Of a stretch of DNA of 64,000 nucleotides, positions 18,920-29,998 are shown in pieces (within the stretch, counting starts at the first letter, position 1; every line of letters starts with the position of its first letter). The position numbers and the translations under genes are program-made. The stretch lies in the NCBI GenBank assembly GCA_964291265.2, contig OZ219747.1, positions 3,520,001-3,584,000 on the forward strand. Reading direction: 5' to 3'. The notes below the pieces were generated by a model. That model was not told the origin of the DNA and did no database searches. It saw only the letters and a program-made list of their open reading frames with translations. The stretch comes from Alphaproteobacteria bacterium (GTDB taxonomy: Bacteria > Pseudomonadota > Alphaproteobacteria > SP197).

Positions 18920-20160
18920 TGCAACGGGCCATGCTGCCTTGCTTGCACGCTGGCGTGCTGGTGCTCGCTGTCGGCCTTGCATGTGCCGAGGAAGCCGGTG
19001 TCGACGAGGATTCCGTCACTTTCGGACAGTCGGCAGCCTTCAGCGGACCGGCGCAGGATCTCGGAGTCGAAATGCGCCGGGGCATCGAAATGGCATTCGC
19101 GGAAGCCAACGAGGCAGGCGGCGTCTTTGGCCGCACTCTCGAGCTCGTCTCACGCGATGACGCCTATGAGCCGGAGGCTGCCATCGCCAACACGACGGAA
19201 CTGATCACGGAGGAGAAGGTGTTCGCCCTGATCGGAGCCGTGGGCACGCCAACCTCACGATCCGCCGTCCCTGTGGCCCATGCCGAGAGTGTTCCCTATA
19301 TCGCGCCCTTCACGGGCGCCGCCTTCCTGCGTGACCGCCGGTGGAACAACGTGATCAACCTGAGGGCGTCCTACTATCAGGAAACCGAGAAAATCGTCGA
19401 CTTCCTCACCACGTCGCTGGGTATCGACCGCATCGGCGTCCTCTACCAGGACGATTCGTTCGGCCAGGCCGGATTGCGCGGCGTCCAGATCGCTCTGCAG
19501 CGGCGCGGCCTCGAGATGGTCGGCACCGGTGTCTATCCGCGCAACACAAGGGCGGTCAAGACGGGGCTTCTTGACCTGCGGTCGGCCAATCCCGATGCGG
19601 TCGTGCTCGTGGGCGCCTATCAGCCGGTGGCGCATTTCATCGCCTGGGCCAGGCAGATCGGCTTCGAACCCCACTTCATGACCATCTCGTTCGTCGGCAG
19701 CAATGCGCTCATGGAAGAACTCGGACCCACGAGCAGCGGCATCTTCGTCACCCAGGTTGTTCCGTCACCGCACGATGACGAAGGCGCCGTCATCGTCGAG
19801 GACGGGCTTCTTCGCGCCGTCGACATCGACAGCACCGACACCGGTCCGCCCATTGTCGGACACTACCGGCAGCTTCTGGCCCGGATGCATCCCGGGACGC
19901 CGCCCGGTTTCGTGTCACTCGAGGGCTACCTGGCGGGTCGCTTGGTGGTCAGTATCCTGGAAAGCTGTGGCGCATCTCCCGATCGTGCCTGTTTCCTCGA
20001 GGCCATGACCCACGACCACGTCATCGATCTGGGAGGATTCTCGATTCGCTTCGGAAACGACAACCAGGGGTCCGATGCGGTCTACCTGACGGTCGTCGAT
20101 GATCAGGGCCGCTACCGGAAGGTTGTCGAGACAGCAGGCGGTGCCGCCGGCGGGAAATGA
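18916..20160 (+). CDS. Periplasmic binding protein (LivJ-like type I fold)
   Basis: Signal peptide, FGQSAAFSGPA, DDAYEP, LIGAVGTPT, NLRASY. Confidence 0.88.
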   Translation: MMQRAMLPCLHAGVLVLAVGLACAEEAGVDEDSVTFGQSAAFSGPAQDLGVEMRRGIEMAFAEANEAGGVFGRTLELVSRDDAYEPEAAIANTTELITEEKVFALIGAVGTPTSRSAVPVAHAESVPYIAPFTGAAFLRDRRWNNVINLRASYYQETEKIVDFLTTSLGIDRIGVLYQDDSFGQAGLRGVQIALQRRGLEMVGTGVYPRNTRAVKTGLLDLRSANPDAVVLVGAYQPVAHFIAWARQIGFEPHFMTISFVGSNALMEELGPTSSGIFVTQVVPSPHDDEGAVIVEDGLLRAVDIDSTDTGPPIVGHYRQLLARMHPGTPPGFVSLEGYLAGRLVVSILESCGASPDRACFLEAMTHDHVIDLGGFSIRFGNDNQGSDAVYLTVVDDQGRYRKVVETAGGAAGGK

Positions 20161-22343
20161 CGATGTTCCGGCGCCTCCTGGATCTGCGATCGCGTATCTC
20201 GGCGCAGCTCACCATTGCCATCATGGGAGCGGTCGCCCTGACGATCGTCTCCGGCATGGTGGGCTGGTACTCCTTCGATCGCGTGGCGGATGCCCAACGG
20301 CACGTCAACGAGGGAACGGTTCCGGCCATCGCCGCTGCCTTCGGCATTGCCCAGCAGAGCGGCGCCTTGGCGGCGGCGGCGCCAAAGCTCGCCTCGGCCA
20401 GCACCCAGCTTGATCTTACCTACGCAGGTTTCGAGATCCAGCAGAATCGCGAGCAGTTCGCCAGACAATTGCAGGTGCTCGAGGAACTCGGCGGCGACGA
20501 GGCGCACTTCCAGCCCATCCGCAGCCAGGGACGTGCTCTGGTCAGCACCATCGTCGACATCGAAGACCTGATGTGGAACCTCTTCGCCATCGAGGCATCA
20601 CGCCAGGGTCTCAGGGACCGGATGGCGGCGCTCTCCAGGGAATTCAATCACTTTCTTGTTCCCGCCATCGACGATCAGCTGTTCTATGCCATGACCGGCT
20701 ACCGGGTTCTCGGCGAAGTCCCGGTGGCTCGAACCCACGTCTTCGCCGACCGCGAGATCCTGCGTTACCGAACCCTCTCGGAAGTCCATTCCGGCACGAC
20801 GGTAGCGTTCGAAATCCTGGCGACGGTCTTCAACACGTCCAGCATCACGCTCCTCGAACCGCTCAGGGAACGGTTCGAGGCTGTCAGAAGGGGGATTCAC
20901 AACAACGTCAACACCCTTCCCGGCGGTGAAGAGAGGCAACAGCTCGAGCAGCTCTTCATCGAGATGGACAGGCTTGGCAGCGGCGAGGGCAGCGGTTTCG
21001 ACATCCGCGAGCGGGAGCTCGAAGCCGAAGCCGAACTCCAGGAAATCCTGGAGCTGAACCAGTCGCTGGCGCTCAACCTGGTCAACAATGTCGAGAAGCT
21101 GGTCAGCGTGGCCGAAGACGCCGCCATCGAAGCGACCCTGGCTTCCGAGGATGCCATCCTGACCGGGCGCAATCTCCTGATCGGCATCAGCCTGGCCAGT
21201 ATCGTGGGGGCCGTTCTGATCTCCTGGCTCTATGTCGGACGCGGCCTCATTCGGCGGTTGTCACTGTTGTCGGACCGCATGCGGGTGATGGCGAAAGGTG
21301 ACCTGGAGAAGGAGATCGAGGTCGGTGGCAACGACGAAATCGCGGAGATGTCCTCGGCGCTGGAAGTCTTCCGACAACATGCCCTCGAGGTCCAGAGACT
21401 CAATCTTGTCGAGAGGATGGCCGACGAACTGAAGGCCAAGAACGAGCTCATCGAGACGGCCCTCAACGATCTCGAGAAGGCCCAGGACCAGATCGTCATG
21501 CGCGAGAAACTCGCAGCTCTCGGTGAACTCACCGCCGGTGTCGCCCACGAGATCCGCAATCCCCTCAACTTCATCAAGAATTTCGCCGAAGGCTCGACAG
21601 AGCTCCTCGAGGAGATGGTGGAGGAGATCGAGGCCCTGCTTGCCGGCATCGAGGAAAGCGAAGAGACGAAGGAACGCCGTGATCTCGTCCGGGAGATTGT
21701 CGACGATCTGGTCGAGAACACGCGACTCATCCGCCAGCACGGCACGCGCGCCGACAGCATCGTCCAGAGCATGCTGATGATGGGCCGCGGATCGGGCGAG
21801 CGCCAGCCGGCCGCCATCAACCCTCTTGTCGACGAACATGCCCGTCTCGCCTATCACAGCGCCCGGGCCACGGATACCAACTTCCAGGCGGAACTCGTCT
21901 TCGACCTTGATCCCGAGGTCCCGGAGATGAACATCATTCCCCAGGATATCGGCCGCGTCTTTCTCAATCTGATCGGCAACGCATGCTATGCGGCCGATGA
22001 CCGTCGGCGCAGGATGCGCGAGGCAGACCCGCGGGCCCGTTTCGACCCGGTCATCCGGATCAGCACCAGGAAGATGGCGGACGGCATCGAGATCTCCATA
22101 CGCGACAACGGCACCGGCATCCCCGACGACGTCATCGACAAGATCTTCAACCCCTTCTTCACGACCAAGCCGACGGATCAGGGGACCGGGCTCGGACTGT
22201 CCATGTCGAACGACATCATTCGCCAGCACGGCGGCACCATCACGGTCGACTCCGAACCCGATTCCTACACCGAGTTCACCGTGCGCCTGCCCTTCGACAC
22301 GACGCCGGCCACCAGCGATTCTTCCCCGTCCCCGCTCGATTGA
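20157..22343 (+). CDS. HAMP-domain sensor histidine kinase with large helical periplasmic domain (TorS-like)
   Basis: Two TM segments, HAMP (GNDEIAEM), AGVAHEIRNPL, NLIGNA, DNGTGI, FFTTK..GTGLGLS. Confidence 0.9.
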   Translation: MTMFRRLLDLRSRISAQLTIAIMGAVALTIVSGMVGWYSFDRVADAQRHVNEGTVPAIAAAFGIAQQSGALAAAAPKLASASTQLDLTYAGFEIQQNREQFARQLQVLEELGGDEAHFQPIRSQGRALVSTIVDIEDLMWNLFAIEASRQGLRDRMAALSREFNHFLVPAIDDQLFYAMTGYRVLGEVPVARTHVFADREILRYRTLSEVHSGTTVAFEILATVFNTSSITLLEPLRERFEAVRRGIHNNVNTLPGGEERQQLEQLFIEMDRLGSGEGSGFDIRERELEAEAELQEILELNQSLALNLVNNVEKLVSVAEDAAIEATLASEDAILTGRNLLIGISLASIVGAVLISWLYVGRGLIRRLSLLSDRMRVMAKGDLEKEIEVGGNDEIAEMSSALEVFRQHALEVQRLNLVERMADELKAKNELIETALNDLEKAQDQIVMREKLAALGELTAGVAHEIRNPLNFIKNFAEGSTELLEEMVEEIEALLAGIEESEETKERRDLVREIVDDLVENTRLIRQHGTRADSIVQSMLMMGRGSGERQPAAINPLVDEHARLAYHSARATDTNFQAELVFDLDPEVPEMNIIPQDIGRVFLNLIGNACYAADDRRRRMREADPRARFDPVIRISTRKMADGIEISIRDNGTGIPDDVIDKIFNPFFTTKPTDQGTGLGLSMSNDIIRQHGGTITVDSEPDSYTEFTVRLPFDTTPATSDSSPSPLD

Positions 22344-22373
22344 CCGGGGCCGTCGTCATCAGTCGGACACGTA

Positions 22374-24092
22374 TCACAGATCGGCGAAGACGTGGGTTTC
22401 ACCTCCGCCGCCCGGGTGCGAGACGGCGCCAAGGCGGGCCGGTCCGACAGTCTGTGCGTACTTCCAGATGACGCCCGAATTGTAATCGGTGGTCCTGGGC
22501 TTCCACGCCTTGCGACGGGCTTCGAGCTCTGCCGCGTCGAGTTCGACATCGAGTGTGCCCGCCGCTGCATCGATGGCGATCATGTCGCCGTCCCTGAGCA
22601 AACCGATGGGTCCGCCCGCTCCCGCCTCCGGTCCCACATGACCGATGCAGAATCCGCGGGTCGCTCCGGAGAACCGGCCATCGGTGATGAGGGCGACCCT
22701 TTCACCCATTCCCTGACCATAGAGTGCGCTGGTGGTGGCCAGCATCTCGCGCATCCCCGGACCGCCCCTTGGTCCTTCGTAGCGGATGATCAGGACATCT
22801 CCCTCATCGAAGGCGCCGGCGAGAACGGCATCGAGGCAGGCTTCCTCGGTGTCAAAGCAGCGCGCCGGGCCGCGGAACTGAAGGCGAGCGAGGCCGGCGA
22901 TCTTCACGATGGCGCCTTCGGGTGCAAGATTGCCCTTGAGACCGACCACGCCACCGGTGTTCGACAACGGATTGGTCACGGGCCGAACCACGTCCTGGTC
23001 CTCGGGGAAGACGACGTCGGCATGATTTTCGGCGAGCGTCCTTCCGGTCACGGTGAGCGTATCGCCGTGCAGGAATCCTCCGTCGAGAAGGGTCCTGATC
23101 AGGACCGGAATGCCTCCGATTCCGTAGAGATCCTTCGCCACGTAGCGGCCACCGGGCTTGAGGTCGGCGATGTAGGGGGTGCGGCGAAAGACATCGCAGA
23201 CATCCTCGAGGGTGAAGTCGATGCCCGCCTCGTGGGCGATGGCCGGCAGATGCAGTCCGGCATTGGTGGAACCGCCTGTTGCGGCAACCACCACGGCGGC
23301 ATTCTCGAGCGCCTTGCGGGTGACGATGTCACGTGGCCGGATATTGTCGGCAACGAGGCGCATGACCGCCTGACCGGAAGCTTCGGCGAACATGTCGCGG
23401 CTGTCGAAGGGCGCCGGTGTCATGGCTGAATTGGGAAGAGCCAGGCCGATCGCTTCGGATACGGTGGCCATGGTATTGGCGGTGAACTGGCCACCGCACG
23501 ATCCGCCTGATGGGCAGGCGGCATGTTCGAGTACATCGAGTTCGTCATCGCTCATGCCGCCGGAGGCATGGGCTCCGACACCCTCGAAGACATCGATGAT
23601 GGTGACGTCCCGGTTGCGGTAGCGCCCGGGCAGTATCGAGCCACCGTACATGAAGACTGACGGGACGTTCAGTCTCACCATGGCCATCATCATGCCCGGC
23701 AGCGACTTGTCGCAGCCGGCAAGTCCGACAAGACCGTCATAGCAATGGCCGCGCATGGTGAGCTCCACGGAGTCTGCAATCACCTCGCGGCTGACCAGCG
23801 ATGACTTCATTCCGGCATGGCCCATCGCAATGCCGTCGGTCACGGTGATGGTGGTGAACTCGCGGGGCGTGCCGCCACCGGCCTTCACGCCCTTCTTGGC
23901 GGCCTGGGCCTGACGCATCAGGGTAATGTTGCAGGGGGCTGCCTCGTTCCAGGTGGTCGCCACGCCGACGAAAGGCTGCTCCACCTCGGCATCGCTCATG
24001 CCCATGGCATAGTAGAAGGCGCGATGCGGTGCGCTCTTGGGGCCGACCGATACGTGACGGCTCGGCAGCCTGGACTTGTCCCAACGGGTCAT
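22374..24092 (-). CDS. ilvD: Dihydroxy-acid dehydratase
   Basis: [48 protein letters not shown]; GGAGG RBS. Confidence 0.96.
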   Translation of the reverse strand: MTRWDKSRLPSRHVSVGPKSAPHRAFYYAMGMSDAEVEQPFVGVATTWNEAAPCNITLMRQAQAAKKGVKAGGGTPREFTTITVTDGIAMGHAGMKSSLVSREVIADSVELTMRGHCYDGLVGLAGCDKSLPGMMMAMVRLNVPSVFMYGGSILPGRYRNRDVTIIDVFEGVGAHASGGMSDDELDVLEHAACPSGGSCGGQFTANTMATVSEAIGLALPNSAMTPAPFDSRDMFAEASGQAVMRLVADNIRPRDIVTRKALENAAVVVAATGGSTNAGLHLPAIAHEAGIDFTLEDVCDVFRRTPYIADLKPGGRYVAKDLYGIGGIPVLIRTLLDGGFLHGDTLTVTGRTLAENHADVVFPEDQDVVRPVTNPLSNTGGVVGLKGNLAPEGAIVKIAGLARLQFRGPARCFDTEEACLDAVLAGAFDEGDVLIIRYEGPRGGPGMREMLATTSALYGQGMGERVALITDGRFSGATRGFCIGHVGPEAGAGGPIGLLRDGDMIAIDAAAGTLDVELDAAELEARRKAWKPRTTDYNSGVIWKYAQTVGPARLGAVSHPGGGGETHVFADL

Positions 24093-24895
24093 GAGGTCCT
24101 CCATGGAGATTGACAGACAACTCGAGGCGGAGACTAGGTTCGGTTCCGGCGATTGTCACGTCCCCGATGCCTTGGCGCGGATTGACCGTGCGCCGCCCGG
24201 CTTGTCCGTTCTTCTGACGACCCCCCTCCCCGCCATGGCTGCGGTCGTCCCTGGCGCCATGGAAGCGACCGGCCGGATTGCCATGACGGCGCCGATCATG
24301 GCGCCGGTGGCCGTGCTCCTTCGGGCGCGGAGCGAGGCATCGGGTCCGTCGCGCCGGCACGACACTCTTCACCGGTGGCGCCTTCGCACTCCATGCCGGT
24401 TGTCTGCTCCTCACCGAGGTGTCGCATGCACTCATTCTCCTCGACGTGTCGCCGGCCCGGAGCACGGCGCACGAAATCCGGCCTCCCAGGCAAGCGGCTC
24501 ACCCCGGCCCGGATCCAGGCGATGATTCCAGGCCTTGCCGGGGTCCTCGTCCTGCTGCCCGACGCCGGCTTGACCCTCCCCCGCAAGGCCGCCAGGCACC
24601 GGATGGCCGTTGCCGCCGGCGAGTTCCGGGCCTGTAAGCGTTCGGTCACGCGCAATCGAAAGAGCGGTGACGGACAAAGCCTCTGCCTACGGATGCGCGC
24701 GCCAGTGGCCTACCCGACCGGTGATTGGGGCGATGACAGCACTGAGCGAATGCAGGCGAGTCCCGGGGCCATGCGTAGTCGCCACTGTCATTTTCATCAT
24801 CATCTCTTGACCGAACGCTTACCGGAAAACTATGTGTTGCATGATGGCCGTGCACCGGCCTATAGTTCAGGTGCTTATACTGCTACGGGCGTATT

Positions 24896-24932
24896 TTGAC
24901 TTGACATCCCGTCTTGATCATGCAGTAAAATC
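24896..24932 (+). promoter_or_regulatory. Sigma70-like promoter candidate (TTGACA, 19 nt, TAAAAT)
   Basis: TTGACTTGACA at 24896-24906 and AGTAAAATC at 24924-24932. Confidence 0.45.
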
Positions 24933-25001
24933 CGCGCCACGCGCCACGCGCCACGCGCCACGCGCCACGCGCCACGCGCCACGCGCCACGCGCCACGCGC
25001 C
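24933..25001 (+). repeat. Perfect heptamer tandem repeat (CGCGCCA) x ~9.9
   Basis: Nine complete units plus CGCGCC, read directly. Confidence 0.97.
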
Positions 25002-25403
25002 CTTTACTGTATCGGCCTTACGAATGCGGGCGGGTAGCACGGCGCTTCCTGACTGAGCTTCGGCTGCCGGCAGCGTCGGCGTTCTGTCTATCCTATTTGG
25101 CCGCATGCGGCCCGGACGTGCCGCTTCGCCTGCGACCTCGTGCGCTCTCCCCGGCCCGTCTTCCACCCGCCGCGTCCGCTCGACAAGACTTGTCCCACTC
25201 CCGCCGTATCTCGGCGTCGGGCAGGTCTCCGGCATTGCCGTCGTCCGCCGGACCTCTGGCGCACCCGGCCGTCGGCATCCCCCTGACCGACTTTTGGAAA
25301 CCTAATGAGACTCAACGATGACAAACAACTTCGACCCCCGCATGCGCGGCGTCAAAAGGACGACGATGCCTACAGTGCTACAACCAGACACGGAGAATGA
25401 ACG

Positions 25404-26498
25404 ATGACGACGACAAGATGGCCTGGCAGACCGATTACTGAACTCGCGGGTCGCGATCATACTGGGGGGCGCCACCCTGAAAGAAACGAAGAGCTTTCCC
25501 TTAGTAGCGGCCATGCAACCCAGGGCGACGACTGGCTCCACGGTTACCGTGGCGACGACATCATTTTCGCCCACGGCGGCAACGACAGGCTTCACGGTGG
25601 GAAAGGCGACGACTGGCTCTATGGTTATGCTGGAGACGACCAAATCCAAGGCGGCAGGGGCGACGACACTCTGTCCGGCGGCGACGGTGACGATACTCTG
25701 TTCGGCGGCGCCGGCGACGACACGATTTACGCCCACGGCGGCAACGACAGGCTTCACGGCGGGAAAGGCGACGACCGGCTCTATGGTTATGCTGGAGACG
25801 ACCAAATCCGCGGCGGCAGCGGCAACGACACGCTGGACGGCGGTGCCGGCAACAACAGGCTTCACGGCGGCGCCGGCAACGACACGCTGAACGGCGGCAA
25901 CGACGACGACACTCTGATCGGAGGCGACGGCGACGACAAAATTTACGCTCACGTCGGCAACGACCGGCTGTTCGGCGGTAGCGGTGTCGACTGGCTCTAT
26001 GGTTATGCTGGAAACGACCAAATCCGCGGCGGCAGAGGTGATGACCATCTTTTCGGTATGCAAGGCGACGACCTGCTATATGGACTCACGGGAGACGACT
26101 TCCTCTCCGGTGGAGACGGGAACGACACTCTCCGAGGAAGCAAGGGCAACGACACGCTATGGGCCGGTAAAGGCAACGACACGCTCTATGGCGGCAAAGA
26201 CAACGACGAACTCTACGGCGACGCCGGCAACGACACGCTCTATGGCGACTCTGGCAATGACAATTTTGTGTTCAAATACAAGAGCGGCCACGATATCGTT
26301 AAGGACTTCGGCAAAGGCAATGACAAGATTTATTTCAGTCGCTCCGGCGAAAAACTGACCTACTCGGACCTGACCATTGAAGACAGCGAAACCGGTGCAG
26401 TCATCACCGGCCCGACAGACCAATGGAGCATTACGCTTGAAGGCGTAAGCGCCTCCGAGTTGACGGAAGACTATTTCGACTTCCAATACATAGCTTGA
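25404..26498 (+). CDS. RTX (hemolysin-type Ca-binding) repeat protein without catalytic domain
   Basis: Many GGxGxDxLx nonapeptides; C-terminal FVF..SGHDIVKDF...ITLEGVSASELTEDYFDF cap. Confidence 0.9.
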   Translation: MTTTRWPGRPITELAGRDHTGGRHPERNEELSLSSGHATQGDDWLHGYRGDDIIFAHGGNDRLHGGKGDDWLYGYAGDDQIQGGRGDDTLSGGDGDDTLFGGAGDDTIYAHGGNDRLHGGKGDDRLYGYAGDDQIRGGSGNDTLDGGAGNNRLHGGAGNDTLNGGNDDDTLIGGDGDDKIYAHVGNDRLFGGSGVDWLYGYAGNDQIRGGRGDDHLFGMQGDDLLYGLTGDDFLSGGDGNDTLRGSKGNDTLWAGKGNDTLYGGKDNDELYGDAGNDTLYGDSGNDNFVFKYKSGHDIVKDFGKGNDKIYFSRSGEKLTYSDLTIEDSETGAVITGPTDQWSITLEGVSASELTEDYFDFQYIA

Positions 26499-26542
26499 CG
26501 GTAGCTGCCCAGGTCTGATTTCGCCGAGCCCTCACAGAGGAT

Positions 26543-29452
26543 CAGACGTCCTGACTTCGGAAAGCCGTCTTGGGTCTGACGGAGCCCTTTTCCACAGGGA
26601 AACCAAGGGTTTTCAGGGTTTGGCGGGCTTAACAAGTGAATCTGCTGTCGAGCAAGGTACGCAACCCCACTTTCTTTCTCCAGGTGGCCCATGGACACGC
26701 TTCCCCTGTCCCCTCCCGAGGCGGTTCCGATCGGACATTCCTGCTTCTCGTTCGCCGAGAACGAACGCGGTCAGGTGGTCTATTTTTCGAACCTCGAACC
26801 CTACGACTTTCACGATGTGGACGATCGCGGCGCCTGGCTCCTGCGGGCGGCCCGCCTGGCCGAGAGCGGGGTGCGCCGAGCGGACATCCGGATGGCCTTC
26901 GGTCTCTCTCGCACGACCCTGCAGCGGGCGGTGAACCGATTGCGCGATGAGGGCGAGGCCGGCTTCCTGCAGTTCTGTCCGGTACGCGGGGTGAGCGCGA
27001 TCACGGGGGAGATGAAGGAGCGTGCGACGCGTCTGCTGGCCGAGGGGATGAGCGGTGCGGCGGTGGCGCGGGAACTGGGGCTGTCGAAGGAGACGCTGAA
27101 CTACAACCGCCGGCGCGGCCATCTTGCGCCCGCGGGTTCGGGGGACGGTGCTGCCGCTCGCGGACTTCGTCCGTGCCGCGAGGTCCCGGCGCTCTCGGCC
27201 GCGACGAAGGAGCAGGCTCTCGGTCTCCTGGCCGAGGGGAGGAGCGATGCGGCGGTGGCCCGTGCTCTGGGGATGTCGAAGGAGATGTTGCAGGCCCACC
27301 GCCGGAAGGGTCATCTGCCTTTCGCGGGAGCGGTTGGAGGCTCCGGCGTGTCCGGTGTCCGTCCGGGTGGGAGTGGCCGCGTGGTGATCACGCAGGAGAT
27401 CCGCGAGGAAGCGGACCGTCTGCTGGCCGAGGGCAAGAGCGTGTCGGCGGCGGCCCGCGAACTCGGCGTGAACGCCGCGACCCTGAACTACCATCGCCGG
27501 AAGGGTTCGATCGGCGCGGCGCGGCCGGAGGCCGCGACTGCCGGGTCCGGCCCGGATGCATCGGAGAAGCCCGATGGGCCGCAAGAAGCGTCCATGCCGG
27601 CCTGCGACACCGAGGTCTGCGGATCCCCGGCGCCGCGTCCGCTCGACCGCGCCGCCCGCGACGATCGGGACCGTTCGGCGCCGATGGGTCGCGGCGCGCG
27701 GGACGGCATGGGGCGGGTCGCGGCCGCAGTCGGAAAGTTGCCCAAGGCGCAGCCCCGGTTTGCCGAGGCCCTGTCGGCGGTGGCGCACGGCGGCGTGCTC
27801 GCGGCGCTGCCGGCGCTTCTCCGGGAGGGGCTGCTGAAGCACGCGCCCGCGTTCCTGTCATTGCCGAAGGGGTACTACGGGGTGACGAGCATCCTGTTGC
27901 TGCAGGCCTTTCTCCTGCTGGCCCGGGTGCGGAACGCGGAGGCGCTACGCTACCAGTCCCCGGGGGAATGGGGCGCCATCCTGGGTCTGGACCGCTGTCC
28001 GGAGGTCAAGACGCTGCGGAGCAAGGTTCGCGCACTGGCGGCGGATGCGGAACGGCTCACGGCGTGGCAGGCAGGGCGCTCTGGCGAGGGACTGGTGCGC
28101 GGAGGACCCGGAGGCGACCGCGACGCTGTCGGTCGACGGTCACGTGAAAGTGTATACCGGCCGCAAGGGGGTTAAGCCGAAGCACTTCGTGTCTCGTCAG
28201 AAGCTCTGCCTGCCGGCTTCGGTCAGCTACTGGGTCCATGCGCTTGGCGGCCGGCCGCTGCTGTGCTTGCATAAGAACCTCGATCCCACCCTGACCCGCG
28301 CCCTGGAACGGGATGTTCTGCCGGCGCTGGAGGAGTTGGGCGTGGCGGGGCCGGATGCACCGGATCTCACCACTGCCGACATGGCCGTGCCGGCCCTGAC
28401 GCTGGTCTTCGACCGGGAGGGCTGGAGTCCGGCCCTGTTCCGTCGTCTCGCCCGGCGCGGGATCGCGGTGATCACCTGGCACAAGAATTTCAAGGACAAG
28501 GACTGGCCGGAAGAGGAGTTCTCCCTCGAGACGGTGCCGATTCACGGCCCCGGAGGCGACCGCACGAGCAACATCTGGCTGGCCGAGAAGCGCATCCGCC
28601 TGCACGACGGTCCCGAGGTCCGGCAGATCCGCCGTCGGCTGAACGACGGCCGCCAGATCGCCCTGATCACCACGGACTTCCGCCTGTCGCGGGCCCGGGT
28701 CGCGAGTGCCCTGTTCTCGCGATGGTCCCAGGAGAACTTCTTCAAGTACGCTCGGGAAGAATTCCACCTCGACTCCCTGCCGGTGCACAGTCTGGTCCCC
28801 CAGGATCCGGACGCACAGGTCATCAACCCGGACTGGCGCAACAGGGACCGCGAGCTGCGCCGCCGCCGGCAGGCACTCGGCACGCTCCGCAACCGGATCG
28901 CCGAACTGGAACGCAAGCCCGAACCCTCCAACGCAATCCTCCGGAAAGTCGGACAACTGCAGGCCGAGAAGGAGACACTCGAAGCCAGGATCAAGACCCT
29001 GCAACAAGAACGCAAGGAAACCCCGAAGTATGTCCGGGTCAAGGATCTCAGAGACGATCAAGCCCTCGATGCCCTGGCGTCCCGGGAGAGGCACTGGCTC
29101 GACATCCTGCGCATGATCGCCTACCGCGCCGAAACCCGGATGATGGCGGCCGTGGCCAGGGAGCAGGGCAAGAAACAGCGACCGCGAAGACACCTTCGCG
29201 CACTCCTGCAGGCCGACGCCGACATCCTCCCCGACCCCGAACGGGGCATCCTCCGGGTGCGCATCCTCGGAACCGCATGCAACGCCAGCGATGACGCCAT
29301 CGCAGGGCTGCTGCAGGAACTCAACGATACCCGCACACGCTTTCCAGGAACCGAACTCCGCATGGTCTACGAACTGCCCGAGAAGCCCACCTGAACGGCC
29401 ACCAAGGGTTCACACTTCTTGATCGCCAACACTCCCGAAGTCAGGACGTCTG
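26543..29452 (+). mobile_element. Insertion sequence, 2910 bp, 18-bp perfect terminal inverted repeats, 5-bp target duplication
   Basis: CAGACGTCCTGACTTCGG (26543-26560) / CCGAAGTCAGGACGTCTG (29435-29452); AGGAT at 26538-26542 and 29453-29457. Confidence 0.92.
26691..29394 (+). pseudogene. Large putative DDE transposase with multiple N-terminal HTH repeats, one frameshift
   Basis: ORFs 26691-28175 and 28045-29394 join if the duplicated GCAG (28067-28074) is removed; motifs SVDGHVKVYTG, LVFDREGWS, RWSQENFFKY. Confidence 0.8.
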
Positions 29453-29639
29453 AGGATGGATTGATGGTTCCGATCTGGTGGCGCCGACAAGCGCTCGGTC
29501 ACGCAGTGATAGGGACATAGTGGAACTGAGCGAATGCGTGCGAGATCCGGGACGGTGCGTGAGTGCCACCGTCATCCTCATCATCGTCACCCATTGACCG
29601 AACACTTTCCCGGGCCTGGAGGGCCCAACAGGATTCGCA

Positions 29640-29979
29640 TGGATCCCGAGCGAGTCACTCCTTCGTTCCTTCTCGTCGGCTCGGCTGTCTCGCTCGCCTG
29701 GTTCCGGCAACCGGGCCTGATGGGACGAATCGATCCTCAGCGCCCTGCATGGATCCTCCCGATTGCGTCGGTGTTTTCACGGCGATCATGTTCACGCAGT
29801 TCCATGCCTGTCAGCGCCCTGACACGGCCAGGGTGGGAATTGTCCCCCGGATCGCGGTGATGGCTGGAATCGCCAGTACCGGGATCCTGACCGTCGTGCC
29901 CGCCGGCCGGCGAGAGGCCACCGGAGTCGTTCTCGCCTGCTCGTCGGCATTCGTCTTGAACAGGGCACCATGGCGCTGA
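29640..29979 (+). pseudogene. Eroded DMT/EamA transporter C-terminal remnant
   Basis: DTARVGIV..IAVMAGIASTGILTVVPAGRREATGVVLA resembles the last EamA helices; frame broken. Confidence 0.4.
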
Positions 29980-29998
29980 CCGCCGATGGGGGGCGACG

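Noticed and set aside
24933-25001. CRISPR array or ATRHAPR repeat protein
   Set aside because: No spacers or cas genes; the peptide is only the translated microsatellite
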